From: Kiritimatiellia bacterium
GTDB lineage: Bacteria > Verrucomicrobiota > Kiritimatiellia > RFP12 > UBA1067
NCBI GenBank assembly: GCA_045641465.1
Contig: JAZUGW010000166.1
Coordinates: 691 to 64,690 of the forward strand
Length of the DNA stretch: 64,000 bases
Reading direction: 5' to 3'
The notes under the pieces were generated by a model. It had not been told where the DNA came from, did not search any database, and was given only the letters and a program-made list of their open reading frames with translations. Below are positions 10,401 through 17,917 of the stretch, in pieces. The number at the start of each line of letters is the position of its first letter. Within the stretch, counting starts at the first letter, position 1. A program made the position numbers and the translations under genes.

Positions 10401-10698
10401 CACTCTTCAAACGCGGCACCTTGACCCAGACGAGGGACTGTCCGGACGAATTCCACGTGTCGATTTCGTGGGGGACGACACGCCCCGTCTCGTCTTCAAA
10501 CCAGATGTCCCTGCCATCGGCCGAGGCACGGAAATCGGGCACGGCCTCGGGCAATTTCACCAACGCCTGGAAATTCGTCAGCGTGGTCGTGCCCGTATAC
10601 CCTTGAAAGTGAAGCCGCGCCTGCTCGCCTGCTGCGGATGCACACATCACCAGCGAGCCAAGTGCCAATCCAGCGATTCGATTCCTCATTGCGAACAT
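7411..10698 (-). CDS. secreted multidomain protein: DUF2341-like and LamG N-terminal domains, a TolB-type beta-propeller, and a C-terminal PSCyt1-type cytochrome c region with two CxxCH motifs
   Basis: 1095 aa with signal peptide MRNRIAGLALGSLVMCASAAGE. DUF2341-like DGRDIWFEDETG...VWVKVP. LamG ending in DEVRV. PD40-like repeats (SPDGTRILYSYRADRD, NPDGTTQRAIY). C-terminal CVGCHE and QPILARRCVSCHN, the latter being the Planctomycete cytochrome c signature. Confidence 0.8.
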   Translation of the reverse strand: MFAMRNRIAGLALGSLVMCASAAGEQARLHFQGYTGTTTLTNFQALVKLPEAVPDFRASADGRDIWFEDETGRVVPHEIDTWNSSGQSLVWVKVPRLKSAQTSLTLHWGDAQARKTADASDRVWDGFTGVWHMGRASGAEVEPDRSGFGNDAVPRFGRQGSAEMLRQMTATADGVVGGARVNQTSLERCGNALVAPNGYWKNLTTYGEVSFSGWFKSTRVARGRYQVFFSSRRDNNTTCGIEFYLHDNRWDFGGVGGDHAKWKHFVSPSFAEWTYVTAVFDGTPNVRLYVNGAEAELTDSCEGISNGGGGLGIGNAPTLTTQSWCGLYDEVRVADGAQSADRVKADYETMSDPAAFLHAENYKPAPKTSSAMAELLADWRLQAGGSQPTYLTEAAWREQCLARRAARLEPVRAFATKWVYCRHYVPGKTVFQKLVDLSDGTSPLSDDHDYRAVGSSLCLAEYSPDGLWQETTLLKTRAGCFRDVDVSPDGTRILYSYRADRDHDDYHLYEMTLATRQVRQLTFGKGASDIEGCYLADGCILFASTRCSQVIDCWFSEVDNLYRCEADGSNITRITFDQVHDYYPTLTWDGRVFYTRWEYNDRGQIYTQPLMAMNPDGTTQRAIYGANSFFPNTIIHARAVPNSPYFFAIGTGHHAWQPGELMRFDPRAGREETEGCWQVAPLRKSTFVRKDSDFGQQGALSAYPYPVNEESVVLAQNPRGRKAGRERDHAMGLYWMDVHGARELLVAQKGKVSCGRPVPVRARKLVARTSKRPHEDHTTGTVTIRDVYAGEAMKGAPAGCVKSLRVVSLDYRPIGTGWNLNQGPLQMGASSSPPAIGNGTWMVKRVLGEVPVAADGSVAFTVPARTPLYFQLLDEKGRLVQTMRSWTTLQPDEVASCVGCHERTNESPDYHGASLPRPTVALAPAPRAFSFREDVQPILARRCVSCHNRDDNPKLMDLSGELVKDITGKRYWSRAYVNLTHSTWLGKKRNYWADRIWIGNPDHPVLNWVASSSTPKLIPPCSRGSRTSKLFSEMLDKGHAAGLTDAECRTLALWVDLGVPFCGAYDELVDWDANDRARWNRAILRRERFRTPYEP

Positions 10699-10714
10699 CC
10701 ATTCTCACAGAAAG

Positions 10715-12199
10715 TTAACGAATCGTGCGCTCGGGAAGCGCCGAGGGTGCGTTGGTGGGAGCCGTTTCACGCGCTCCGAACATGATGTCAACCTCCTTGC
10801 GACGCAACTCCGCAAGACGGTCCGACTCGCGTTCGCGCGCGCGTTCCAACTCCGTCTGCTTGGCCTGGGCCAAGGCCACCGCCTGTTCGAGTTCTTCACA
10901 GTCTTTCGTGGCCGCCGTAAACTGCGCCCGCCAGGTGTTCAACTGCTTCTCCTTCGCAGCAATCGTCACCCGTATCTGCGCGAGCGCACCGTCGAGTGCC
11001 GTCTTGAACCGCGCCTGGGCGGCCGCATTCAACTTTATCTCCGCCGCAAGCTGCGGATGGTTTTCAGTGTATTTCGTCCTCAAATCATTCAGCAGCGCCG
11101 TCTCCTCGACGAGCGCCCTAAAAGAAGCGGCGACTTCCGACCCTTGCGGAATCACCGACGGACATCCTCCGGCCGCGAGACCACTCGTCTGCAGATAGAC
11201 AAGCGCCCGCTCAAGCGTCTGACAGGCTTCGAGATCGCGTTCACAAGCGCGCAGTCCCTCTTGGACCTTTCCACGCGTCTGTTCGAGTCCATCGCGTCGT
11301 ACCGCAACAACCGCAGGGCCGCCTGTCGTCAGAAAATCCTGCAGCGTCTTGAGCGCCTGCTCCGAGACGCTCTTCTGGTGTTCGATCTCCGCACGGACAG
11401 CGACAAGATTCGATTCGCGTATTCGCGCTTCAGTCGCGGCCTTTTCGGCCTGTTCCTGCAGTGCTTTGGCGCGTTTCTGCGCCCGTTCCTGTTCACGCGC
11501 ACCGCTATTCACCTGTTCGTAGGCCCGCTCAAGCCACCCGGTCTTCCAGCCCCAGTAGATGCCACCGCCCAACACGACAAGCAGCAGGAACAGCTTGCCT
11601 TTGGAAATCGGCTTCGAGGTTTTTTGGGGGGACTGTCCCCCCGAATGGTGGCTGTGATGATGATGGTGACGTCCGGACCCATCCGACGAACTCATCGCGA
11701 AAACAGATGGATCCGCCAACGCGGCGGCGAAAGATGAACAGGACGGGAAACGCGCCTGCGGCTCCTTCGCCAATGCGCGCACGAGCACCTCGCGGCGAGG
11801 ACAATCCATCGGCAGATCCGGCGGACGGTTCATCAGCACGGTTTTAATGACCGTCTCGTCATTCGTCTCAAACACAGAGGCGAAAGGAGCCTTCCCCAAA
11901 ACCAGTTCAACAAACAACGCCGCGAGCGCATACTGGTCGGTCCAGGAATTCTTCCGTCCTCCCCACCAGCGTTCCGGCGCACGATAGCGCCACTGCGACA
12001 GCAACTCCGGCATCTCGCCGCCCGCCGACTCGTCGGTGACACGAACACGCACGACCGGACGCCCCGCACCGTCCAGTTCGATCCGCACGCTCGTGGGTGT
12101 AATGTCAAAATCCTCCCCTTTCCCCAAATGCGCCTGATGGAGCCGCTGAACGAGCTGGGCCACGATGTCCAGCGCCTGGTTGAATGAGTAGGTTTTCAC
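10715..12199 (-). CDS. membrane protein: N-terminal Hanks-type kinase C-lobe remnant (pseudokinase), His-rich linker, one TM helix, C-terminal Wzz/GumC-like chain-length-determinant coiled coil
   Basis: GTG start whose GTGA overlaps the stop of the upstream gene. Kinase C-lobe motifs YRAPE...SWTDQYALAALFVELVLGKAPF are present, but there is no N-lobe, the HRD equivalent is degenerate (EDFDITPTSV) and DFG is replaced by TDE. HHHHHSHHSGG linker and TM LFLLLVVLGGGIYWGW. The coiled coil carries the PCP-family motif LRTKYTENHPQLAAEIKLNAAAQ. Confidence 0.65.
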   Translation of the reverse strand: MKTYSFNQALDIVAQLVQRLHQAHLGKGEDFDITPTSVRIELDGAGRPVVRVRVTDESAGGEMPELLSQWRYRAPERWWGGRKNSWTDQYALAALFVELVLGKAPFASVFETNDETVIKTVLMNRPPDLPMDCPRREVLVRALAKEPQARFPSCSSFAAALADPSVFAMSSSDGSGRHHHHHSHHSGGQSPQKTSKPISKGKLFLLLVVLGGGIYWGWKTGWLERAYEQVNSGAREQERAQKRAKALQEQAEKAATEARIRESNLVAVRAEIEHQKSVSEQALKTLQDFLTTGGPAVVAVRRDGLEQTRGKVQEGLRACERDLEACQTLERALVYLQTSGLAAGGCPSVIPQGSEVAASFRALVEETALLNDLRTKYTENHPQLAAEIKLNAAAQARFKTALDGALAQIRVTIAAKEKQLNTWRAQFTAATKDCEELEQAVALAQAKQTELERARERESDRLAELRRKEVDIMFGARETAPTNAPSALPERTIR

Positions 12200-12507
12200 T
12201 TCGCTGACTTCTTCCGTTGTGTACGTTTCGTTTTCTTGACCTTCTTCGGCGATTCGAGAGGTCCTAGTTTCGTAAGCATTTTCACGAGGCCGTCGGCGAT
12301 GAGCGTTTTCACACGCTCCTTCATTTCGTCGGCGGCATCCGCGAGGCCATCAAGCTTACGGTTCAAACGACGAATCCCTGCATCGATGTCAAGCAACACC
12401 GAACCCACGGCCTGGTCCACCGCCTTAAGCGGCTTCGCCCTGAGTTTACGAGGCGCCGGCTTTTTCTTTTTCTTCGGCGCTTTTTGGGGAGGTTCTTTCG
12501 GCTTCAC
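12196..12507 (-). CDS. small lysine-rich basic protein (histone H1-like tails flanking a helical core)
   Basis: 103 aa, GTG start with GAGG Shine-Dalgarno. N-terminus KPKEPPQKAPKKKKKPAPRK and C-terminus KKVKKTKRTQRKKSAK. Tightly packed between the His-rich lipoprotein gene (14-nt gap) and the pseudokinase gene (4-nt overlap), which suggests translational coupling. Confidence 0.55.
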   Translation of the reverse strand: MKPKEPPQKAPKKKKKPAPRKLRAKPLKAVDQAVGSVLLDIDAGIRRLNRKLDGLADAADEMKERVKTLIADGLVKMLTKLGPLESPKKVKKTKRTQRKKSAK

Positions 12508-12520
12508 CGCCGGGCCTCAT

Positions 12521-12754
12521 TTAGCGAGACCGAGCCGGCGGCGGAGGCGGCGGCACCGGGCGAACGGCCGGCGGATGCACCGGCTTCGCATGATGCGCGG
12601 GCGCAGGATGCACAACCGGCGCATACCCGCCATGCGGTCCCTGCTGATAGTAGCCAGGACCACCCGAATGATGATGGTGGTGATGACCGTGATGGCAACC
12701 GGCGAAAGCAAACGCCACGCCGAAAACGAACGCGAGGATAAGTGTGTTTTTCAT
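12521..12754 (-). CDS. small His-rich lipoprotein (putative periplasmic metal-binding)
   Basis: The ATG at 12754 (the track ORF is over-extended to 12835) gives MKNTLILAFVFGVAFAFAGC (lipobox) followed by HHGHHHHHHSGGPGYYQQGPHGG...HPAPAHHAKPVHPP and a polyproline tail. Confidence 0.6.
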   Translation of the reverse strand: MKNTLILAFVFGVAFAFAGCHHGHHHHHHSGGPGYYQQGPHGGYAPVVHPAPAHHAKPVHPPAVRPVPPPPPPARSR

Positions 12755-12797
12755 GAGTCCATTATAGCGAATTCGCGCCCAAAAGGCAAGGTCCAGA

Positions 12798-14015
12798 TTA
12801 TTTCTTTGGCTTGGGGATGGTGAGCGCGAAGGCACTATTGGCGAGTGCCATCACGCCCGCCGTGCTGAAGAGGACTCCCGCACCGAACCGATCGAAAATC
12901 CAGCCGCCGAGCAACGCGTAGAAGACGGTGATGACATGGTTCACGGAAATGCCGGACGACAGCGTTGCCGTCAACTCCTCCTGAGAGTCGGAGAGCGTAC
13001 GCGCATAAAGGTTCGTCGCAATGGAGGCATTCGAAATGATCGCATCGAGAATGTAGTTCACGCACACGACCGCAATCGCCACCTTCGGCGGAAAGATGTC
13101 CTTCGCAAATCCATAGAGCAGACACACGAAGAACAAGATGACCGTATCCCAAATCATGACGTTCCGATAGCCCCAATGATCCGCCAGGCGGCCGATGAGG
13201 CGTCCACCCCACAGCGCCGTCAGAAACGCACTGATGCCGAACAGGAGTGCGATATCCTTTGTCTCCATCCCGTAGAGCTTGATCAGCACGAACGGACCGA
13301 ACGTGAAGAACACCTGCTTACGCGCACCGTAGAAAAGTTCGAGTGCATAGAATTTCGCATACTTCTTGCGGAAATAGAACGTCGGACGCGGCTTGCCCTG
13401 CAAACCAGGCTCCTTCATGCGTCCGCCCAGCCACACGCTCGCCCCCAAAAGGACGATGATCATGCACCAGACGATGTCGTAGAGGATGCGCTGCGACGCG
13501 ACGGACATCAGATGCGTCCCGACAAAGAACACGGCCGCCACGAGCAGACTGCCCACCACCGTTCCCGCATTGATCGCACTCGTCACAATGCCAAGCGATT
13601 CCCCGCTCTTCCCTTCACGCGCGACTGAAAGCGCCAACGACTGGCGCACGGGCATCACCAGGTGTTCACCCAGCGCCCACACAGTGATGAAGATCACCAC
13701 GCCCATCCATGGAACGGGAATCAGCAGCAATCCTGCCGCAAGCAGGGAAATCAGCGTGCCGATACGCAGCACCTGCCAGTCCGAACACTTGTGGAAGAGC
13801 GCGAGAATCGCAATCAGCAGAACGCCTGGCGTTTCACGCAGGAACTCCAGCATGCCGCGGTCGAGTCCGCCGATCTTGTAGAACTCCACCAGGAAGTTGT
13901 TGAAGGTCGCCTGAAAACTGCCGATACCGACGCCCCAAACGAGAATGCTGGTGAAAAACGCCAGCCAGCCCGAACCGGGCCGGCACACCGAACCGTAATC
14001 ACGGAGGCGGAACAT
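12798..14015 (-). CDS. MFS-family transporter
   Basis: Trimmed to the ATG at 14015 (MFRLRDYG...), which is preceded by AAAAGGAG with 5-nt spacing. About 12 predicted hydrophobic helices. The 5' region of the track ORF looks like non-coding over-extension. Confidence 0.8.
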   Translation of the reverse strand: MFRLRDYGSVCRPGSGWLAFFTSILVWGVGIGSFQATFNNFLVEFYKIGGLDRGMLEFLRETPGVLLIAILALFHKCSDWQVLRIGTLISLLAAGLLLIPVPWMGVVIFITVWALGEHLVMPVRQSLALSVAREGKSGESLGIVTSAINAGTVVGSLLVAAVFFVGTHLMSVASQRILYDIVWCMIIVLLGASVWLGGRMKEPGLQGKPRPTFYFRKKYAKFYALELFYGARKQVFFTFGPFVLIKLYGMETKDIALLFGISAFLTALWGGRLIGRLADHWGYRNVMIWDTVILFFVCLLYGFAKDIFPPKVAIAVVCVNYILDAIISNASIATNLYARTLSDSQEELTATLSSGISVNHVITVFYALLGGWIFDRFGAGVLFSTAGVMALANSAFALTIPKPKK

Positions 14016-14047
14016 TTCAACTCCTTTTCCGCGGGGGGACAGTCCCC

Positions 14048-15058
14048 TCAACCGAAAATCTTCGAATAGAACGGCGCCCAGTAGCTGATCACCTGTGTCG
14101 CACCGGCACGGAAGATCGCATAGAGCGACTCGCGCGCCGTCGCATAGAGGTCGCAATACCCCTTCTCGGCGGCGGCGAAGATCATCGAATACTCGCCCGA
14201 GACGTTATAGGCCATCACCGGCAGGTCCGTCCGCGCACGCACTTCCTTGATGAGGTCGAGGTAGAAAAGCGCCGGCTTCACCATCAGCGCATCCGCACCC
14301 TCGCGTTCATCCAAAACAGATTCGCGCAAGGCCGTACCGGGATCGCGATAGCTCGCCTGATAACCTTGACGGTCGCCCTTCGACGGCGCCGAATTTTCGG
14401 CATCGCGGAACGGTCCGTACATCTGCGAGGCAAACTTCGTCGAGTACGAAATGAGCAGTGTCTTCGAGAAGCCTTCTTCATCGAGCGCCCGACGGATCGC
14501 CGCAATCTGGCCATCCATCATTGCCGACGGCGCCACGCCGTCCGCACCGGCACGTGCGTGCGAAACCGCTACGCGCGCGAGCATCTCGCAAGCCGCATCG
14601 TTGTCGATGTCACCTTCGGAATCGTGCGGGCCGCAATGACCGTGGCACGTATAGGCACATAGGCAGACATCCGTGAGAATCACCAGATCCGGATACGCCG
14701 CGCGCAGGATCGGAATCGCCCGCTGCACCGCACCCTGCGGATCAGCCGCCGGCGTACCGCACTCGTCCTTGCCCTCGCCCTCATGCTGGCCGAAGAGCAA
14801 CACGCTCTTGATGCCCTGCGCAACGACGGGTGCGAGTTCCTTCACGAGTTCGTCCGCCGACAGACGGAACTGTCCCGGCATCGACGGAATCTCTTCACGA
14901 CGCCCCTCACCCGGCAAAACGAACACCGGCCAGATGAAACTCGCCGCCGGCGGTTGCGGCATCGCAAAAAGGTCGCGGATCGCCGCCGTACGACGCAACC
15001 GACGCAGACGCACATTCGGATACCCTGCACCCCACGCACCATTCATCTCTTCGCACAT
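14048..15058 (-). CDS. hemB: porphobilinogen synthase (delta-aminolevulinic acid dehydratase), Zn-type
   Basis: Starts MCEEMNGAWGAGYPNVRLRRLRRTAAIRDLF (the ATG at 15058 was verified). Cys-rich Zn site CLCAYTCHGHCG, active-site region GADALMVKPA, typical C-terminus. The track ORF is extended 112 codons upstream by GC-rich read-through. Confidence 0.9.
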   Translation of the reverse strand: MCEEMNGAWGAGYPNVRLRRLRRTAAIRDLFAMPQPPAASFIWPVFVLPGEGRREEIPSMPGQFRLSADELVKELAPVVAQGIKSVLLFGQHEGEGKDECGTPAADPQGAVQRAIPILRAAYPDLVILTDVCLCAYTCHGHCGPHDSEGDIDNDAACEMLARVAVSHARAGADGVAPSAMMDGQIAAIRRALDEEGFSKTLLISYSTKFASQMYGPFRDAENSAPSKGDRQGYQASYRDPGTALRESVLDEREGADALMVKPALFYLDLIKEVRARTDLPVMAYNVSGEYSMIFAAAEKGYCDLYATARESLYAIFRAGATQVISYWAPFYSKIFG

Positions 15059-15090
15059 TTTAGACAACTTCTTTCGTTCGTATCTTTTAC

Positions 15091-17865
15091 TTAGAAGGAA
15101 ATGGACGGATCGAACGGATAGCGTCCGAACTTCTCGCCGTAGACCGCGAGACCGCCCTTCTCGGCCGCCAGACGGATCGTCACCGTGCCGGCCCCTTTGG
15201 CAGCGACCTCCGCCGAAATCTCGGCCTCCACAAGCCAGCCGTAGCTGCCCGCCTCGCGCAGCTTCCTGTCGCGCGGCTGCGCGAACCACGAAAGGATGCC
15301 CCGATGGTCCGCCGGATCGTCCGGAAGCGCCACCGTCTTCACCAGCACGCCATTCGCAAACACCTGAACTTCGCCCGGCCACTTGAAGTCGCACGTCATC
15401 GGATAGGAATTCGGGTTCTTCGAACGGTCGGCGAAACCGCCGCCGAGCATGCAGTCCAGATCGCGCGTGCCCTTGTCGAGATCCGTCGAGTCCTTGGCGT
15501 TGAGGCGCTTGGACGACACTTCAGCGCGGAAGGTCAACGTCTTGTTCTGCGCGCCCTCGGGCAGTTTGAAGACATACTCGAAGGCTCCCTTGCCCGCACC
15601 GCAGGCCTTGAGTCCGTCAAGGATGTTCCACTGCTTCTGGCTCCAGGTCGCCTTCGTGAACGAACCGGCCGGAACGGAGATCGTATCCGCCGACGGATTC
15701 GCACGCGTCACAAAGCACGCGAAGTTGCGTCCCACCACGGCATCGCCATCGACGAGCGAGAAGCAGATCACGCCGCACGCCGTCTCGTTCGGCAGCTTGA
15801 CCGGCACGTCCAGCACGCGACCGTTCTGCCACGAAGCACCCGTAAAGGTCCCCGCATCCACCGGCAGGCCGTCAATGAACTTGCCCTTGGCATTGTAGGC
15901 ACGCACGCGATAGGTGACCGCGAGCTTGTGGCCGGCATACTTGTCCGTCGTGAGCGACACGTCAACCGGCATCATCCACGTCTCGCCCGCCTTGAATTCG
16001 CGGCAGAGTTCCGTGTCAAGCGGCAGAAACGCATCCGCATGCCAGTCCTGCAGTTTGGATCCCGGAAAGAGGTCCTCAATGCCCGTGTACTTGGGCGTAC
16101 GATCGAACCGCACGTAGCCGTTCCATTCGTTGATCACGTCGTGATGCTCCGTATAGAGCCAGCCCGTGCACTGGAGGTGGCGACGGAACGCATTGATCAT
16201 CAAATGGTAGTCCCACGACCAGTCGCAGTCGCCCGTCGAACCGTCATACCCCCACACGTTACCGCACTCGCTGTTCAGCATCGGCGCATTGCCCTGCACA
16301 AAGCCGCCGATATAGTTGCGCGTGGAACCGGGGAACGTGCCCTTGCACCAGTCCGAAACCGTGTTCTCCCAATTGTAGCCCGCCGTGTAGGCATGCCACG
16401 TGTTGAGGTCCGTCACCACATGGTCGTGGTTGCACGGCGAGTTGTCTTCCACAAGGCGGGTTGGATCAAGACGCTTCGCCTTCGCATAGGCCTGCGCGAC
16501 CGCACGACGCACCCACGGGGCATACCGCTGGGCACGATTCCGGCCCCAGTTTTCGCCGTCCGCAAAGAGTCCCCACGTTTCATTGAACAGCACCCACGAG
16601 AAAACGCTCGGATGGTTGAAGTCGCGCTTGACCATGCCCTCGAAGCAGAACCAGTGCTCACGGAACATCGCTTCCGACGCAGCGCCCCAGGCACACGGCA
16701 CATCCGCCATAATCAGCAGACCGAGCTTGTCGGCCCAGTAGAGCTTGCGCGGCACTTCAACCTTGATGTGCACGCGGTTGCCGCTGAGGGCGAGCTTCTT
16801 CGAGATCAGGATCTCGTTCTTCATGAACTCGTCCGTCGGGAACGTATAGAACCCTTCCGGATGGTAGCTCTGGTCAAGCGTGAGCTGGAGGTAGATCGGC
16901 TTTCCGTTCAACGTCACACACGGAAATTCCGTTCCCGGGATCTTGCCCATGCCGACCTTGCGCATGCCGAAGTAGGTGTTCACCTCGTCGCGCGCAGGAG
17001 CCTCTTCCAGCGGCTTGCCGTCCTTATCGACGTCCTTGAGCGAACAGACGACCTCGTAGAGATAGGGATGCTCGAGGTCCCAGAGCTTCACATCGCGCAA
17101 CGCGATCTTGACCTTCGCGCTCATCTGTCCCGGCAGGAACGACGCCGTCGCAACCTTCGCACGGTCCTCCGGCTTGAATGCAATTGAAAAGAGAAGCGGC
17201 TTCTTGGCCGGCGCCCCGAGCGTCACATCCGCCGTCACGGACCCGTTCTCGATGTCCGGCGTGAAGTGCACGGTCTCCAGGTATTCATCGCCGCGAGCTT
17301 CAAGGTAGACGGTCTGCCAGATGCCGCGCGCATTGCCGTAGCCCTGCTTGCCGTAGAGACGCCAGTCCGAACGGCTCATCTCGTTGCCGGCATCCCATGC
17401 ACGGATCGTCAGCTTCTGCGCCACGCCCCAGGCGATGTGGTCGGTGATCTCGAACTCGAACGGCGTGTAACCGCCCGAATGTTCACCCAGACGATGCTTG
17501 CCGAACCACACGGTCGTGTCATGGTCGCTCGCCCCCACGACGAGGAAGACGCGCTTGCCCTTCCACTCGGCCGGCACCGTGATGTCGCGCCGATACCAAC
17601 CGATATCCGCTTCGTCCTTGACGCCCGACAAGGCGCTTCCCCACGGGAACGGCACCAGAATCGACTGCGCGAACTTCGCGTCGTCGGCCTCGAACCATTT
17701 TTCGCGGCAGCCCGCATCCTGTTTGTCGGACGCAAACTTCCAGGTCCCGTTCAGGTTCATCCAGCCCGCACGCGACCAATCCGGACGCGGATGTTCCGGC
17801 AGCGGAATCTCCGCCAGCGAAACCAGCGACAGCACGCACGCGAGAGCCAAGAAACGAAGCTTCAT
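15091..17865 (-). CDS. glycoside hydrolase family 2 (beta-galactosidase/beta-glucuronidase-like), secreted
   Basis: 924 aa with signal peptide MKLRFLALACVLSLVSLA. GH2 N-terminal sugar-binding hallmark HPRPDWSRAGWMNLNGTWKF. TIM-barrel NE acid/base region WDAGNEM. Confidence 0.85.
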   Translation of the reverse strand: MKLRFLALACVLSLVSLAEIPLPEHPRPDWSRAGWMNLNGTWKFASDKQDAGCREKWFEADDAKFAQSILVPFPWGSALSGVKDEADIGWYRRDITVPAEWKGKRVFLVVGASDHDTTVWFGKHRLGEHSGGYTPFEFEITDHIAWGVAQKLTIRAWDAGNEMSRSDWRLYGKQGYGNARGIWQTVYLEARGDEYLETVHFTPDIENGSVTADVTLGAPAKKPLLFSIAFKPEDRAKVATASFLPGQMSAKVKIALRDVKLWDLEHPYLYEVVCSLKDVDKDGKPLEEAPARDEVNTYFGMRKVGMGKIPGTEFPCVTLNGKPIYLQLTLDQSYHPEGFYTFPTDEFMKNEILISKKLALSGNRVHIKVEVPRKLYWADKLGLLIMADVPCAWGAASEAMFREHWFCFEGMVKRDFNHPSVFSWVLFNETWGLFADGENWGRNRAQRYAPWVRRAVAQAYAKAKRLDPTRLVEDNSPCNHDHVVTDLNTWHAYTAGYNWENTVSDWCKGTFPGSTRNYIGGFVQGNAPMLNSECGNVWGYDGSTGDCDWSWDYHLMINAFRRHLQCTGWLYTEHHDVINEWNGYVRFDRTPKYTGIEDLFPGSKLQDWHADAFLPLDTELCREFKAGETWMMPVDVSLTTDKYAGHKLAVTYRVRAYNAKGKFIDGLPVDAGTFTGASWQNGRVLDVPVKLPNETACGVICFSLVDGDAVVGRNFACFVTRANPSADTISVPAGSFTKATWSQKQWNILDGLKACGAGKGAFEYVFKLPEGAQNKTLTFRAEVSSKRLNAKDSTDLDKGTRDLDCMLGGGFADRSKNPNSYPMTCDFKWPGEVQVFANGVLVKTVALPDDPADHRGILSWFAQPRDRKLREAGSYGWLVEAEISAEVAAKGAGTVTIRLAAEKGGLAVYGEKFGRYPFDPSISF

Positions 17866-17917
17866 TGGATTTCCTCCTCAGTTAAAACCGACCGACAAAC
17901 TCTTTTCTTCAGACGAA

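Noticed and set aside
14048-15394. Long 5' extensions of track ORFs (hemB from 15394, trx from 19689, MFS from 14156, ftsH from 42432, folP from 44329, mcsA from 50030, lipoprotein from 12835, SLT-like from 56766)
   Set aside because: The extensions overlap upstream genes or promoters and contain no conserved residues. Internal ATGs preceded by Shine-Dalgarno sequences coincide with the conserved protein N-termini, so the starts were trimmed.
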